Part shown: positions 12,680 through 22,960 of the stretch, piece by piece
Numbering within the stretch: the first letter of the stretch is position 1
Layout of the letters: each line of letters starts with the position of its first letter
Assembly (NCBI RefSeq): GCF_963921235.1
Contig: NC_086097.1
Span: forward strand, 77,750,001 to 77,814,000
Origin: Mobula hypostoma
Taxonomy: Eukaryota
DNA: 64,000 nucleotides
Direction of reading: 5' to 3'
Position numbers and translations under genes: made by a program
Notes under the pieces: generated by a model
The model's database searches: none
What the model saw: only the letters and a program-made list of their open reading frames with translations
What the model was told of the DNA's origin: nothing

Positions 12680-13508
12680 AGCTCAGGAGGGATAATGGCG
12701 CCTAACAGCAACTCCTTTGCTTGCATCTTTGGAAACAGCTCTATTTCCACCATTAATGTCTTTGTTTTTCCCTTTCAGGACTCTTTTGAAGGCCCCAACC
12801 AGGAGTTACACGCAGGCTTCGATTCTTTGCGGGAATGGGACCTGTTCTCGGGGTTCCGTGCCTGCCCGTTATTCGACATGCCAAGGGTTTGGCCAGAGAG
12901 TCTCGATTGTGTTCAGAAGCCTAAGATCTCAGGGCTCTGGAGATGGGCGGATTAAGGGTTGGTGTCACGGCAGGAGGCTCGTGTGACGTCAAGGAGACCG
13001 GAAAACCTTTCACTGTGACACCGCTGTGGGCCCGAAGACCCGAGGTCTTTGCGAACTTTGGACACAGAGCTTGAAAAAAGCGACAAAACGGACTTATAAC
13101 ATCGTAAATCAGCGGGTTGTTCTTATGTTTTCCGCTCGCTGTGAAAATGGGGGATACCTCACTCACCCTTGCCAGGGAGAGAGAGAGCCTGTGGTGTGTC
13201 GAATGTCGGATGAAATGCCAAGCATTTGGGGTAGCTTTGGTCTGTGTCTTTGCTATTGCTTAGCTCACGCTTGTGCATGGTAGCGGGTACGCTTTTTGTT
13301 TTGCTGGGTGGGTGGGAGGGGGGATTGTTGCTCGCCGCCGCTTACATGCAGGAGGGGGGAGCTGGGGGGTACCTTGGGGTTCTCATGTTTAACTGTCCTT
13401 CATTCTTTCCGGCACTTCTCTGTTCTTGTGGATGTTTGCGAAGAGAAAGCATTTCAGGATGTATATTGTATACATTTCTCTAACATTAAATTCGACCTTT
13501 GAACTTTG
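12680..13508 (+). mobile_element. ORF-less non-autonomous retroelement with a Rex-type 3' tail
   Basis: GC-rich start with ATAATGGCGCC, CpG-rich body, and a 3' end 'GAGAAAGCATTTCAGGATGTATATTGTATACAT..CTTTGAACTTTGA' like the Rex tails at 4500-4577 and 36255-36322. Confidence 0.55.
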
Positions 13509-13650
13509 AAGTGTTGGCCAACTGGGTCCAAAATTGATTTGGTGATAGGAGGTGGCGGGCACTGGTAGAAAAGTGTTTTTCTGACCGGCAATTTGCAGCA
13601 AGTGATGTACCACAGGGATTAGAGCTGAAATCTTCGTTGTTTGTAATAAA

Positions 13651-14182
13651 CACTCGGTGGCTACTTTATTAGGTACCTCCTGCACATAATAAAGTGGCCA
13701 CTGAGTGTATGTTTGTGGTCTGCTGCTGCTGTGGCCCAGCCACTTCAAAGTTCAAAGATTTGTGCATTCAGAGATAATCTTCTGCACACCACTGTTGTGA
13801 TAGTGGTTACTTGAGTTACTGTCACCTTCCTGTCAGCTTGAACCAGTCTGGCCATTTGCTCACCGAAATACCGTTCACTGATTTTGTTTGTTTGTTTTTT
13901 GTGCCACTCTCTGTAAACTTCAGAGACTGTTGTGCATGAAAATCTCATGTGATCAGCAATTTCTGAGATACTCAGACATCTGGTACCAACAAAATTTCCA
14001 TGATCAAAGTTCAGCTAAATCACATTCTTTCCCATTCTGATGTTTGGTCGAAACAATAACTGAACCTCTTAACCATATCTGCATGCTTTTATGTTTTGAG
14101 TTGCTGCCATATGATTAGCTGATTAGATACTTGCATTAACGAGCAGTTGTACAGTTGTACATAATAAATTGGCTACTGGGTG
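13651..14182 (-). mobile_element. Non-autonomous Tc1-like DNA transposon with three TIR copies
   Basis: TIR CACTC.GTGGC.ACTTTATTAGGTAC at 13651, inverted copies ending at 13707 and 14182, each followed by TA. Transposase remnant FSCTTVSEVYREW..MARLVQADRKVTVTQ. Confidence 0.8.
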
Positions 14183-14415
14183 TAGGTAAATGACTTGGTC
14201 GAGAATGTAGGAGGAATGATCAGTAAAATGTGTGGAGACGTGGGCAGTGAAGAGAATAGTCTATGATATTGTTGGACACGTTGTAGATCAGCTGGAAAGT
14301 TGCACCTTAGGAGAACTAATGTACTGACAGAATTTAGGTCCAAGGCTTTAGCTCCCTGAAACAAAAGTTATTTAGTGTGAAAGCAAACCATTTAGTATGC
14401 TTTCCTTTATATAAG

Positions 14416-15107
14416 TGTAGCCCCCTGGAAAGCCTCAGTCTCGCTCAACTCGCTTTCATCTAGGGGGAGCAGCCTTCGGCCCCGCCAAGCTGGGTAATCA
14501 GTTTGTGTGGACGCTGTGTGATGTACCCCACCCCGCCAAATAACAGATAATACACCATATGCAATTAAATGACTACACTTTATAGATCTTACTGGAACTA
14601 TGTAATTAATAGAGATAAAATATAAAAGGGAAATAAAAGGCGCCAAACTTAACCAACCACTTCATGAACAACAGTTGGAGTTCAATTAACGGAGTCTCCT
14701 TTCCACCAATCGATCCTCTCCGACCGCCTGGGACCAACCATGGTGGTCAACTAGACACTCCACGTGAGTCTGTCTTCGTCTCCTCTCCTCGCAGAGGACC
14801 CTTGGCCTCAGACTCCCGCTTGGGGGCTGTCCCATTGGCCAGTTTACAGCATCGCTCTCCTCTCTCTGTCCCCATTGCGCCTTCTCCCTCAAAGCCCGCG
14901 AACAATAGCTTACAGACGCACAAGAAAGAATAACACCTATCCCAATTGGTTAGCAAATTAATATAATTCTCTTTATAACCCAAGCAAGCTGCTAGAAAGA
15001 GAACTTTCTCAGCAGTTATTATTACAGAAAAGCCATTTTAATTATAACATAACAAAGAAGCCATGTTGTTAGCCTTTGCAGTAACATAAAAGAAGAAACC
15101 TCTTACA
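14416..15107 (-). mobile_element. Solo LTR (692 bp) with 4-bp TSD TAAG
   Basis: TG...CA termini, TAAG on both flanks, splits a CR1 remnant; shares sequence blocks with 49037-49653. Confidence 0.85.
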
Positions 15108-15640
15108 TAAGATAATTAGATCACATTCAGAGTATTGTGTACAATGTAGATGTCATGCTACAGGAAGAATGTGGCAGAGAAAGTACTGCAGAGATTTATC
15201 AAGATGTTACTTGGAATGGAGGCCTGTAGTTATAAGGAGAGACTAAATAGCCTGGGTTCTTTCTCACTGGAATGTTACAGGCTGAGGGGAGGCCTTGAAG
15301 AGGCTTACACAATTATAAGGTGCACAGATAGGAGAGAATCTTTTTCCCAGGGCAGGGTAATTTGGTACTAGAGGCCACAGATTTAGCGTGAAAAATTTAA
15401 AAAGAGACCGAATGAATAAGTTCTTTTTTCATACAGAGTATGGTGGTTATATGGAACAAATTGCCCCAGGAGGTAGTGCAGTAAAATATGATTTCAGTGC
15501 TTAAAACATGCTTGTATAGTACTTAAATAGGAACGGCGCAGAGGGATATGGCCCTAATAAGGACAAATAGAATTAGTGTAGAGAGTCAGAAAGTGCCAGA
15601 TTTTGTGTTGGGTATTTCTACGATTCCATAATTCTATGAT
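15108..15640 (+). mobile_element. Decayed CR1 3' end
   Basis: YRKNV..VLQRFIKML.GM..SYKERLNSLG.FSLE..RLRG motif and a TTCTATG-like tail. Confidence 0.75.
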
Positions 15641-15844
15641 AAGCTTGATTAAGTTTCAGAAAGGCCAAGCCTAATTGTTTGGATCAGCAAATAACGCCCA
15701 AAAAATGCCAGTGTAAGGCAACAAACTATACTTAACTATAAATTTCATGGCAATTGCGGGTATCAACTCATATGCTTCCTCTCCATCATCTGAAGTACCT
15801 TCAATAACTCCGAAAGACTGAGGTTTGGTAAAATACTGGAAGGC

Positions 15845-15926
15845 TTTTATTCGCAGTACAATACGACCTCCACGGTGAGTGTCTCCCCCGGACTGAAGGG
15901 GAGGGGCAAGGCGAACCACCTTTATA
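15845..15926 (-). promoter_or_regulatory. LTR core promoter and poly(A) signal: TATAAA, Inr-like TCAGT, AATAAA
   Basis: Minus strand: TATAAA at 15926-15921, TCAGT with its A at 15894 (32 nt downstream), AATAAA at 15851-15846. In the 5' LTR copy the TATA box reads CATAAA. Confidence 0.6.
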
Positions 15927-16019
15927 CAGGACTCTGTGGGAGGAGCCACAGGGGCAGTCAGCAGAGGTGTGTGTCCAGACAGTTAACCCAGTTACAACAC
16001 ATATATATGGTTTACCACA

Positions 16020-16035
16020 TTCACCCCTCTTTTTT
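16020..16035 (-). other. Polypurine tract of the Gypsy element
   Basis: Minus strand AAAAAAGAGGGGTGAA lies immediately before the TGTGG start of the 3' LTR. Confidence 0.85.
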
Positions 16036-16086
16036 TAAAAGAGTCCTGCAGGGTGAAGTGACTGACAATATTTACAACAAGTATAT

Positions 16087-18931
16087 TTACAGGTTAAGTC
16101 TATCAGGCGGTCGAGTCCGTCGCTGTGATCTACGTAGCACCGGCGGTGATTGCATCGGCGATGGCGGTTGTGCTGGCTCCGGCCTGACTTGAGGTGTCAG
16201 CACGTTAGGCGTTGTTAACCCTTCGTGCGTGTGCGTCGCGCCCGGTATGGGAGTGTCGTGTGGTGTCTGTATAGGGTTTGGGGTGCACGGTGTCTCGTAG
16301 GTACATACATTGGTGGGTACGGGGTCAATAGTCACCACGGAGTGTTCAGGGTAGGGGCCCGGAGCTCTTGCGGTCGCCAGGTCGCAGATGGAGACCGTGT
16401 CCTCCCGCCCATCAGGTAAAACCACGTAGGCATACTGGGGGTTCGCATGAAGTAAGTGGACCCTCTCGACCATCGGGGAGTATTTATTGCTCCTCGCATG
16501 TTTCCGGAGCAGCACTGGCCCTGGGGACGTCAGCCAAGTTGGTAGGGTGGTCCCAGTGGTCGACTTTCTGGGAAAAGAAAAGAGCCGCTCATGAGGGGTG
16601 GCATTGGTGGCTGTGTGTAACAGGGAGCGGATGGAGTGGAGTGCCTCGGGAAGGACCTCCTGCTAGCGGGAGACCGGCAGTCCCTTTGACCTGAGGGCTA
16701 AGAGTGTGGCTTTCCACACTGTGCCATTCTCCTTCTCTACCTGTCCATTCCCCCAGGGATTATAGCTCGTGGTCCTACTGGTTGCAATTCCCCTAGCCAG
16801 TAGATATTGGCGCAACTCGTCACTCATAAACGAGGACCCTCTGTCACTGTGGATATAGCATGGGTATCCAAACAGAGTGAAGAGCTTGCGCAGGGCTTTT
16901 ATAACTGAAGTGGTAGTGGTGTCGGGGCAGGGGATGGCAAAAGGGAACCGTGAGTACTCGTCGATAACGTTCAGAAAGTACACATTGCGGTCAGTGGAGG
17001 GAAGGGGGCCCTTAAAGTCAACACTCCGTCACTCAAAAGGGTGGGTCGCCTTGATGAGTTGGCCCTTTTCGGGTCGGTAGAAGTGCGGTTTGCACTCTGC
17101 GCTGACTTGGCAGTCCCTGGTCATCATCCTGATCTCCTCAAGGGAGTAAGGCAGGTTCCGGGCTTTCACGAAGTGGAAAAGCCGGGTGACCCCCGGGTGG
17201 CAAAGGTCTACATGTAGGGTGTATAGCCGGGTGATCTGCGCGCTGGCACATGTTCCCCGGGATAGGGCATCGGAGGGCTCATTGAGCTTCCCAGGCCTGT
17301 ACATGATGTCATAGTTATAGGTGGAGAGTTCGATTCTCCACCTCAGAATTTTATCATTTTTGATTTTGCTCCGCTGCTGATTATTAAACATGAACGCGAC
17401 TGAGCGCTGGTCAGTTAGCAGGGTGAACCTTCTGCCGGCAAGATAGTGCCTCCAGTGCCTAATAGCTTCCTCTATGGCCTGGGCCTCTTTCTCCACTGCA
17501 GAGTGCCGAATTTCAGGGCCTTGAAGGGTACGGGAGAAGAACGCCACTGGTCTTCCCACCTGGTTGAGGATAGCAGCCAGTGCGAAGTCGGAGGCGTCGC
17601 TCTCTACTTGGAAGGGAATGGCCTCATCCACCGCATGCATTGCTGCTTTGGCAATGTCCCCTTTTATGCGGCTGAAGGCCGCACGGGCCTCGGCTGAGAA
17701 GAGGAATGTGGTGAACTTGACCAGGGGGTGGGCCTTGTCTGCGTAGTTAGAGACCCATTGGGCGTAATACGAAAAGAAGCCCAGGCACCTTTTGAGGGCT
17801 CTGAGGGTGTTGGGAAGAGGGAGTTCCAACAGGGGGTGCATACGGTCGGGGTCAGGGCCAATGACTCCATTCTCCACGACACACCCAAGGATAGCAAGTC
17901 GGGTGGTCCCAAATACACACTTGTCCTTGTTATAGGTGAGGTTGAAAGATTTTGCCGCTTGGAGAAATTTTTGGAGGTTGTTGTCGTGATCCTGCTGGTC
18001 GTGACTGCAGATGGTGATATTATCCAGATATGGGAACGTGGCCTTCAGTTGGCACTGTTCCACCATCCGGTCCATTGCCCTCTGGAAGACAGATACACCA
18101 TTCATGACACCGAAGGGAACGCGCAGGAAGTGATAAAGCCTGCCGTCCGCCTCAAAAGCAGTGTAAGGGCGGTCCTCCTGGTGGATGGAGAGCTGATGGT
18201 AAGCGGATTTTAGGTCTATGGTCGAGTACACCTTGTACTGTGCTATCTGATTGACCATATCCGCGATGCGGGGTAGAGGGTACGTGTCGAGCTGCGTGAA
18301 CCTATTGATGGTCTGTCTGGCTATAGTCCACGACCATCCTATTCTTCTCCCCGTTCCGAACAACGACCACCTGCGCCCTCAAAGGACTTGTGCTTGTCTC
18401 AATGACCCCCTCCCTGAGCAGCCGCTGCACCTCCGACTTAATGAAGTCTCTGTCCCCCGCGCTGTACCTCCTGCTTTTAGTTGCCACAGGTTTACAGTCG
18501 GGGGTCAGGTTGGCGAACAGCGGTGGGGGAGCGATCCTGAAGGTGGAGAGGCCGCAAGTGGCGTCGGTAGTGCGGCAGTTGGCATGGTGTTGGGTGGGAT
18601 GTGCGGGTCGGTGTGTGTGTGTGTGTGTGGTCAGTAGTGGAGTACGTGACATATCTCTACAGAACTGGGGATTTACAACAGTAATTGGCGGGAGGGGCCC
18701 ATCATACTTCATTGTCACGCTTTTCAGGTGGCTCTGGATGTTGAGTCCCAATAGCACAGGGGCACACAGTTGAGGCAAGACCAGTAACGTAAAGTCTCGA
18801 TATTCTGTGCCCTGCACCACTAGCGTCGCTACACAGCCCTCCCGGATGTCTGTTGTATGCGACCCAGAAGCCATGGTGACCCTCTGACTTACTGGCCATA
18901 TCATGAGTCCACAATGCTGCACCGTGTCCGG
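16087..18931 (-). pseudogene. pol: Gypsy pol: protease C-half, RT, RNase H, integrase (HHCC-like + core)
   Basis: PVLLG (PR); RMVVDY, YPLPRI, IDLKSAYHQ, TAF, VPFG, YLDN (RT); SDASD, EKEAQAI, TDQRS, DALSR (RNase H); H..HPG..C..C, VDFKGP, VIDEYSRF, SDRGSSF, NGQVEKEN (IN). Frameshift near 18320; stops at 17029-17031 and 16663-16665. Confidence 0.95.
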
Positions 18932-19600
18932 GGGAGACACTCACCGTGGAGGTCGTATTGTACAGCGAATAAAATTGAAGCACCTTCAATGACTCCAAAA
19001 CACTGAGGTTTGGTAAAATACTGGAAGGCTTTATTCGCTGTACAATATGACCTCCATGACCACACGGTGAGTGTCTCCCCCGGATGGGGGGGAGGGGCAA
19101 GGCCAAATCACCTTTATGCAGGACTCTGTGGGAGGAGCCACAGGGGCAGTCAGCAGAGGGGCGTGTCCAGACAGTTAATCCAGTTACAACACATATATGT
19201 AGTTTACCACATCATCAAAGTAGTTTAAATTTGTGGCTAGATCAACAGGCCAAAGTCATTGCATTTGATGAAAGTTAGATATTATATCTCTGCCATTTTA
19301 AAGGGAGAAAATACTCTGTTTTATAAACTGATTCAGCAAGCTCTAAATTTATCTCAAGCTAGTTCCAATAACAGAAAACATTCCCAAAGAACTCCACTAG
19401 ATCAGTTCGACATGATTTCCCTTTCGCAGATCTATGCTGACCTGCTTAATCACATTATTACTTTCTAAATACAGGTACTCCCTGCTTTTCGAATATTCGC
19501 TTTACAAAACCTCACTGTTACGAAAGACCTACATTAATAACCTTACATCAAAGTTGCTGGTGAACGCAGCAGGCCAGGCAGCATCTATAGGAAGAGGCGC

Positions 19601-19636
19601 AGTCGACGTTTCAGGCCGAGACCCTTCGTCAGGACT
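19601..19636 (-). ncRNA. Hammerhead ribozyme in the inverted pLTR
   Basis: Exact reverse complement of 21877-21912. Confidence 0.85.
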
Positions 19637-19969
19637 AACTGAAGGAAGAGTGAGTAAGGGATTTGAAAGCTGGAGGGGGAGGGGGAGATCCAAAATGATA
19701 GGAGAAGACAGGAGGGGGAGGGATAGAGCCGAGAGCTGGACAGGTGATAGGCAGAAGGGGATACGAGAGGATCATGGGACAGGAGGTCCGGGAAGAAAGA
19801 CGGGGGGGGGGGGTGACCCAGAGGATGGGCAAGAGGTATATTCAGAGGGACAGAGGGAGAAAAAGGAGAGTGAGAGAAAGAATGTGTGCATTAAAAAGAG
19901 TAACAGATGGGGTACGAGGGGGAGGTGGGGCCTAGCGGAAGTTAGAGAAGTCAATGTTCATGCCATCAT

Positions 19970-21583
19970 GCTACCAACCTTATAGTTCCCACACCCCGCA
20001 CTTCCCGTTTCTACCTCCTACCCAAGATCCACAAACCTGCCTGTCCTGGCCGACCTATTGTCTCAGCTTGCTCCTGCCCCACCGAACTCGTTTCTGCATA
20101 CCTCGACACTGTTTTATCACCCCTTGTTCAATCCCTTCCGACCTATGTTCGTGACACTTCTCACGCTCTTAAACTTTTCGATAATTTTAAGTTCCCTGGC
20201 CCCCACCGCTTTATTTTCACCTTGGATGTCCAGTCCCTATATACTTCCATCGCCCATCAGGAAGGTCTCAAAGCTCTACGCTTCTTTTTGGATTCCAGAC
20301 CTAATCAGTTCCCCTCTACCACCACTCTGCTCCGTCTAGCAGAATTAGTCCTTACTCTTAATAATTTCTCCTTTTGCTCCTCCCATTTCCTCCAAACTAA
20401 AGGTGTAGTTATGGGCACCCGTATGGGTCCTAGCTATGCCTGCCTTTTTGTTGGGTTTGTGGAACAATCTATGTTCCGTGCCTATTCTGGTATCTGTCCC
20501 CCACTTTTCCTTCGCTACATCGACGACTGCATTGGCGCTGCTTCCTGCACGCATGCAGAACTCGTTAACTTTATTAACTTTGCCTCCAACTTTCACCCTG
20601 CCCTCAAGTTTACCTGGTCCATTTCTGACACCTCCCTCCCCTTTCTAGATCTTTCTGTCTCTGTCTTCTGAGACAGCTTATCCACTGATGTCTACTATAA
20701 GCCTACTGACTCTCACAACTATCTGGACTATTCCTCTTCTCACCCTGTCTCTTGCAAAAACGCCATCCCCTTCTCGCAATTCCTCCGTCTCCGCCGCATC
20801 TGCTCTCAAGATGAGGCTTTTCATTCTAGGACGAGGGAGATGTCTTCATTTTTTAAAGAAAGGGGCTTCCCTTCCTCCACTATCAACTCTGCTCTTAAAC
20901 GCATCTCCCCCATTTCACGTACATCTGCTCTCACTCCATCCTCCCACCACCCCACTAGGAATAGGGTTCCCCTGGTCCTCACCTACCACCCCACCAGCCT
21001 CCGGGTCCAACATATTATTCTCCGTAACTTCCGCCACCTCCAACGGGATCCCACCACTAAGCATATCTTTCCCTCCCCGCCTCTCTCTGCATTCCGCAGG
21101 GATCGCTCCCTACACAACTCCCTTGTCCATTCGTCCCCCCCATCCCTCCCCACTGATCTCCCTCCTGGCACTTATCCGTGTAAGTGGAACAAGTGCTACA
21201 CATGCCCTTACACTTCCTCCCTTACCACCATTCAGGGCCCCAAACAGTCCTTCCAGGTGAGGCATCACTTCACCTGTGAGTCGACTGGGGTGATATACTG
21301 CGTCCGGTGCTCCCGATGTGGCCTTTTATATATTGGTGAGACCCGACGCAGACTGGGAGACCGCTTTGCTGAACATCTACGCTCTGTCCGCCAGAGAAAG
21401 CAGGATCTCCCAGTGGCCACACATTTTAATTCCACATCCCATTCCCATTCTGACATGTCTATCCACGGCCTCCTCTACTGTAAAGATGAAGCCACACTCA
21501 GGTTGGAGGAACAACACCTTATATTCCGTCTGGGTAGCCTCCAACCTGATGGCTTGAACATTGACTTCTCTAACTTCCGCTAG
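19970..21583 (+). pseudogene. Penelope RT + GIY-YIG endonuclease, 5'-truncated, one in-frame stop
   Basis: One frame carries FYLLPKIHK..GRPIVS, DVQSLYTSI, GVVMGTRMGPSYA, RYIDD, then TGA at 20669-20671, YYKPT, CxxC, VIYC..LYIGET..R..EH..E..GLN. Confidence 0.95.
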
Positions 21584-21876
21584 GCCCCACCTCCCCCTCG
21601 TACCCCATCTGTTACTCTTTTTAATGCACACATTCTTTCTCTCACTCTCCTTTTTCTCCCTCTGTCCCTCTGAATATACCTCTTGCCCATCCTCTGGGTC
21701 ACCCCCCCCCCGTCTTTCTTCCCGGACCTCCTGTCCCATGATCCTCTCGTATCCCCTTCTGCCTATCACCTGTCCAGCTCTCGGCTCCATCCCTCCCCCT
21801 CCTGTCTTCTCCTATCATTTTGCATCTCCCCCTCCCCCTCCAGCTTTCAAATCCCTTACTCACTCTTCCTTCAGTT

Positions 21877-21912
21877 AGTCCTGACGAAGGGTCTCGGCCT
21901 GAAACGTCGACT
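21877..21912 (+). ncRNA. Minimal type I hammerhead ribozyme in the Penelope pLTR
   Basis: AGTC-CTGACGA-AGGgtctcggCCT-GAAAC-GTC^GACT: intact core, helix I AGTC/GACT, palindromic ACGT helix III. Confidence 0.85.
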
Positions 21913-22724
21913 GCGCCTCTTCCTATAGATGCTGCTTGGCCTGCTGCGTTCACCAGCAACTTTGATGTATGTTGCTTGAATTTCCAGCATCTGCAGAATT
22001 CCTGTTGTTTACATTAATACCCTGTTTTCGCTAACAGAAGGTGTTTTCACTGTTACGAAAAAAACAGTGAGCGAAGAAAACAGTGCGCAAAAAAAGCAGC
22101 GCGCGCCCCGAGCAGCCACTCTCCCACGGATTCGGAACTGCATTCTAGCCGGCACTGCTTAAACGCGTGCCTGTGAGCAGCCGTTTGCAAGATGAGTTCT
22201 ATGGTATCGGAAAAGCCAGAAAGAGCTCGTAAGGGTGTTACACTTAGCGTAAAACTAGACATAATTAAGCGTTTTGATCGTGGTGGACGAAGTAAGGACT
22301 AAGTGAGTTTGGCTTGTGGAAGTTGACGAAGATGATGTTGAAGAAGTTTTGGCATCCCATGGCCAAGAACTGACAGATGAAGAGCTGATGCAATTGGAAG
22401 AGGAAAGGATAACAATTCAAACGGAGTGAGTAATGATAAAATATGACTTTAATTTTGAAAGGGTACGTCGGTTTAGGGGATATTTGCAGGATGGTTTGAG
22501 TCCTTACAAAGAACTGTATGATAGAAAAATGTGCAAGGCTCAGCAATCAAACAAGCCTTCCACATCAGCCACAGCAGATGACGAACCTCGACCTTCGACA
22601 TCGAGGCGGGCAGTCATAGGAGAAGATGAGTTGCCTGCCCTAATGGAAACAGACGATGAGATGACATCCCAGTGTCCCACCACCCCAACACCCAGGCCGC
22701 GGACAGATACCGATTCGCGGAGAA

Positions 22725-22960
22725 TGCAGCAGTAGCCGGGAGACACACAGCACATCTTTAAGAAAAAAGCCGAAATAAACATGCTAATTAATTAGGTACC
22801 ACGCGGCATGTAATTGTCGGCCCAGATCAGAGGCGATGCAATCGGCAATCGGCATTGATCTGGGCCGACAATTACGTGCCAGGCGGCACCTAATTAATTA
22901 GCATGTTTATTTTGGCCTTTTTCTTAAAGATGTGCTGTGTGCCTCCCGGCTACCGCTGTA
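22725..22960. repeat. Long inverted repeat (~105-bp arms, ~26-nt spacer) inside the Tigger derivative
   Basis: 22725-22829 pairs with 22856-22960, e.g. ATAAACATGCTAATTAATTAGGT / ACCTAATTAATTAGCATGTTTAT. Confidence 0.95.

Larger units (their letters stand above)
15791..19211 (-). mobile_element. Gypsy/Ty3 LTR retrotransposon, gag-deleted, 5-bp TSD TCATC
   Basis: Direct LTRs at 15791-16019 and 18976-19211 (TG..CA, roughly 90% identical by eye). TCATC at 15786-15790 and 19212-19216. Polypurine tract next to the 3' LTR. Domain order PR-RT-RNaseH-IN. Confidence 0.97.
19544..22009 (+). mobile_element. Penelope-like retroelement with inverted 5' pLTR (19544-19968) and 14-bp TSD
   Basis: TACATTAATA[A/C]CCT at 19530-19543 and 22010-22023. 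19544-19968 is the reverse complement of ~21547-21969. Confidence 0.95.

Noticed and set aside
17446..18773. Plus-strand ORFs overlapping pol
   Set aside because: They are antisense shadows of a GC-rich coding region.
19434..19985. 183-aa ORF
   Set aside because: It crosses unique DNA, the Tigger TIR and the antisense pLTR; a chimeric chance ORF.
22194..22735. Domesticated TIGD-like gene
   Set aside because: It has only terminal transposase remnants, with stops and no DDE core, inside TIRs.
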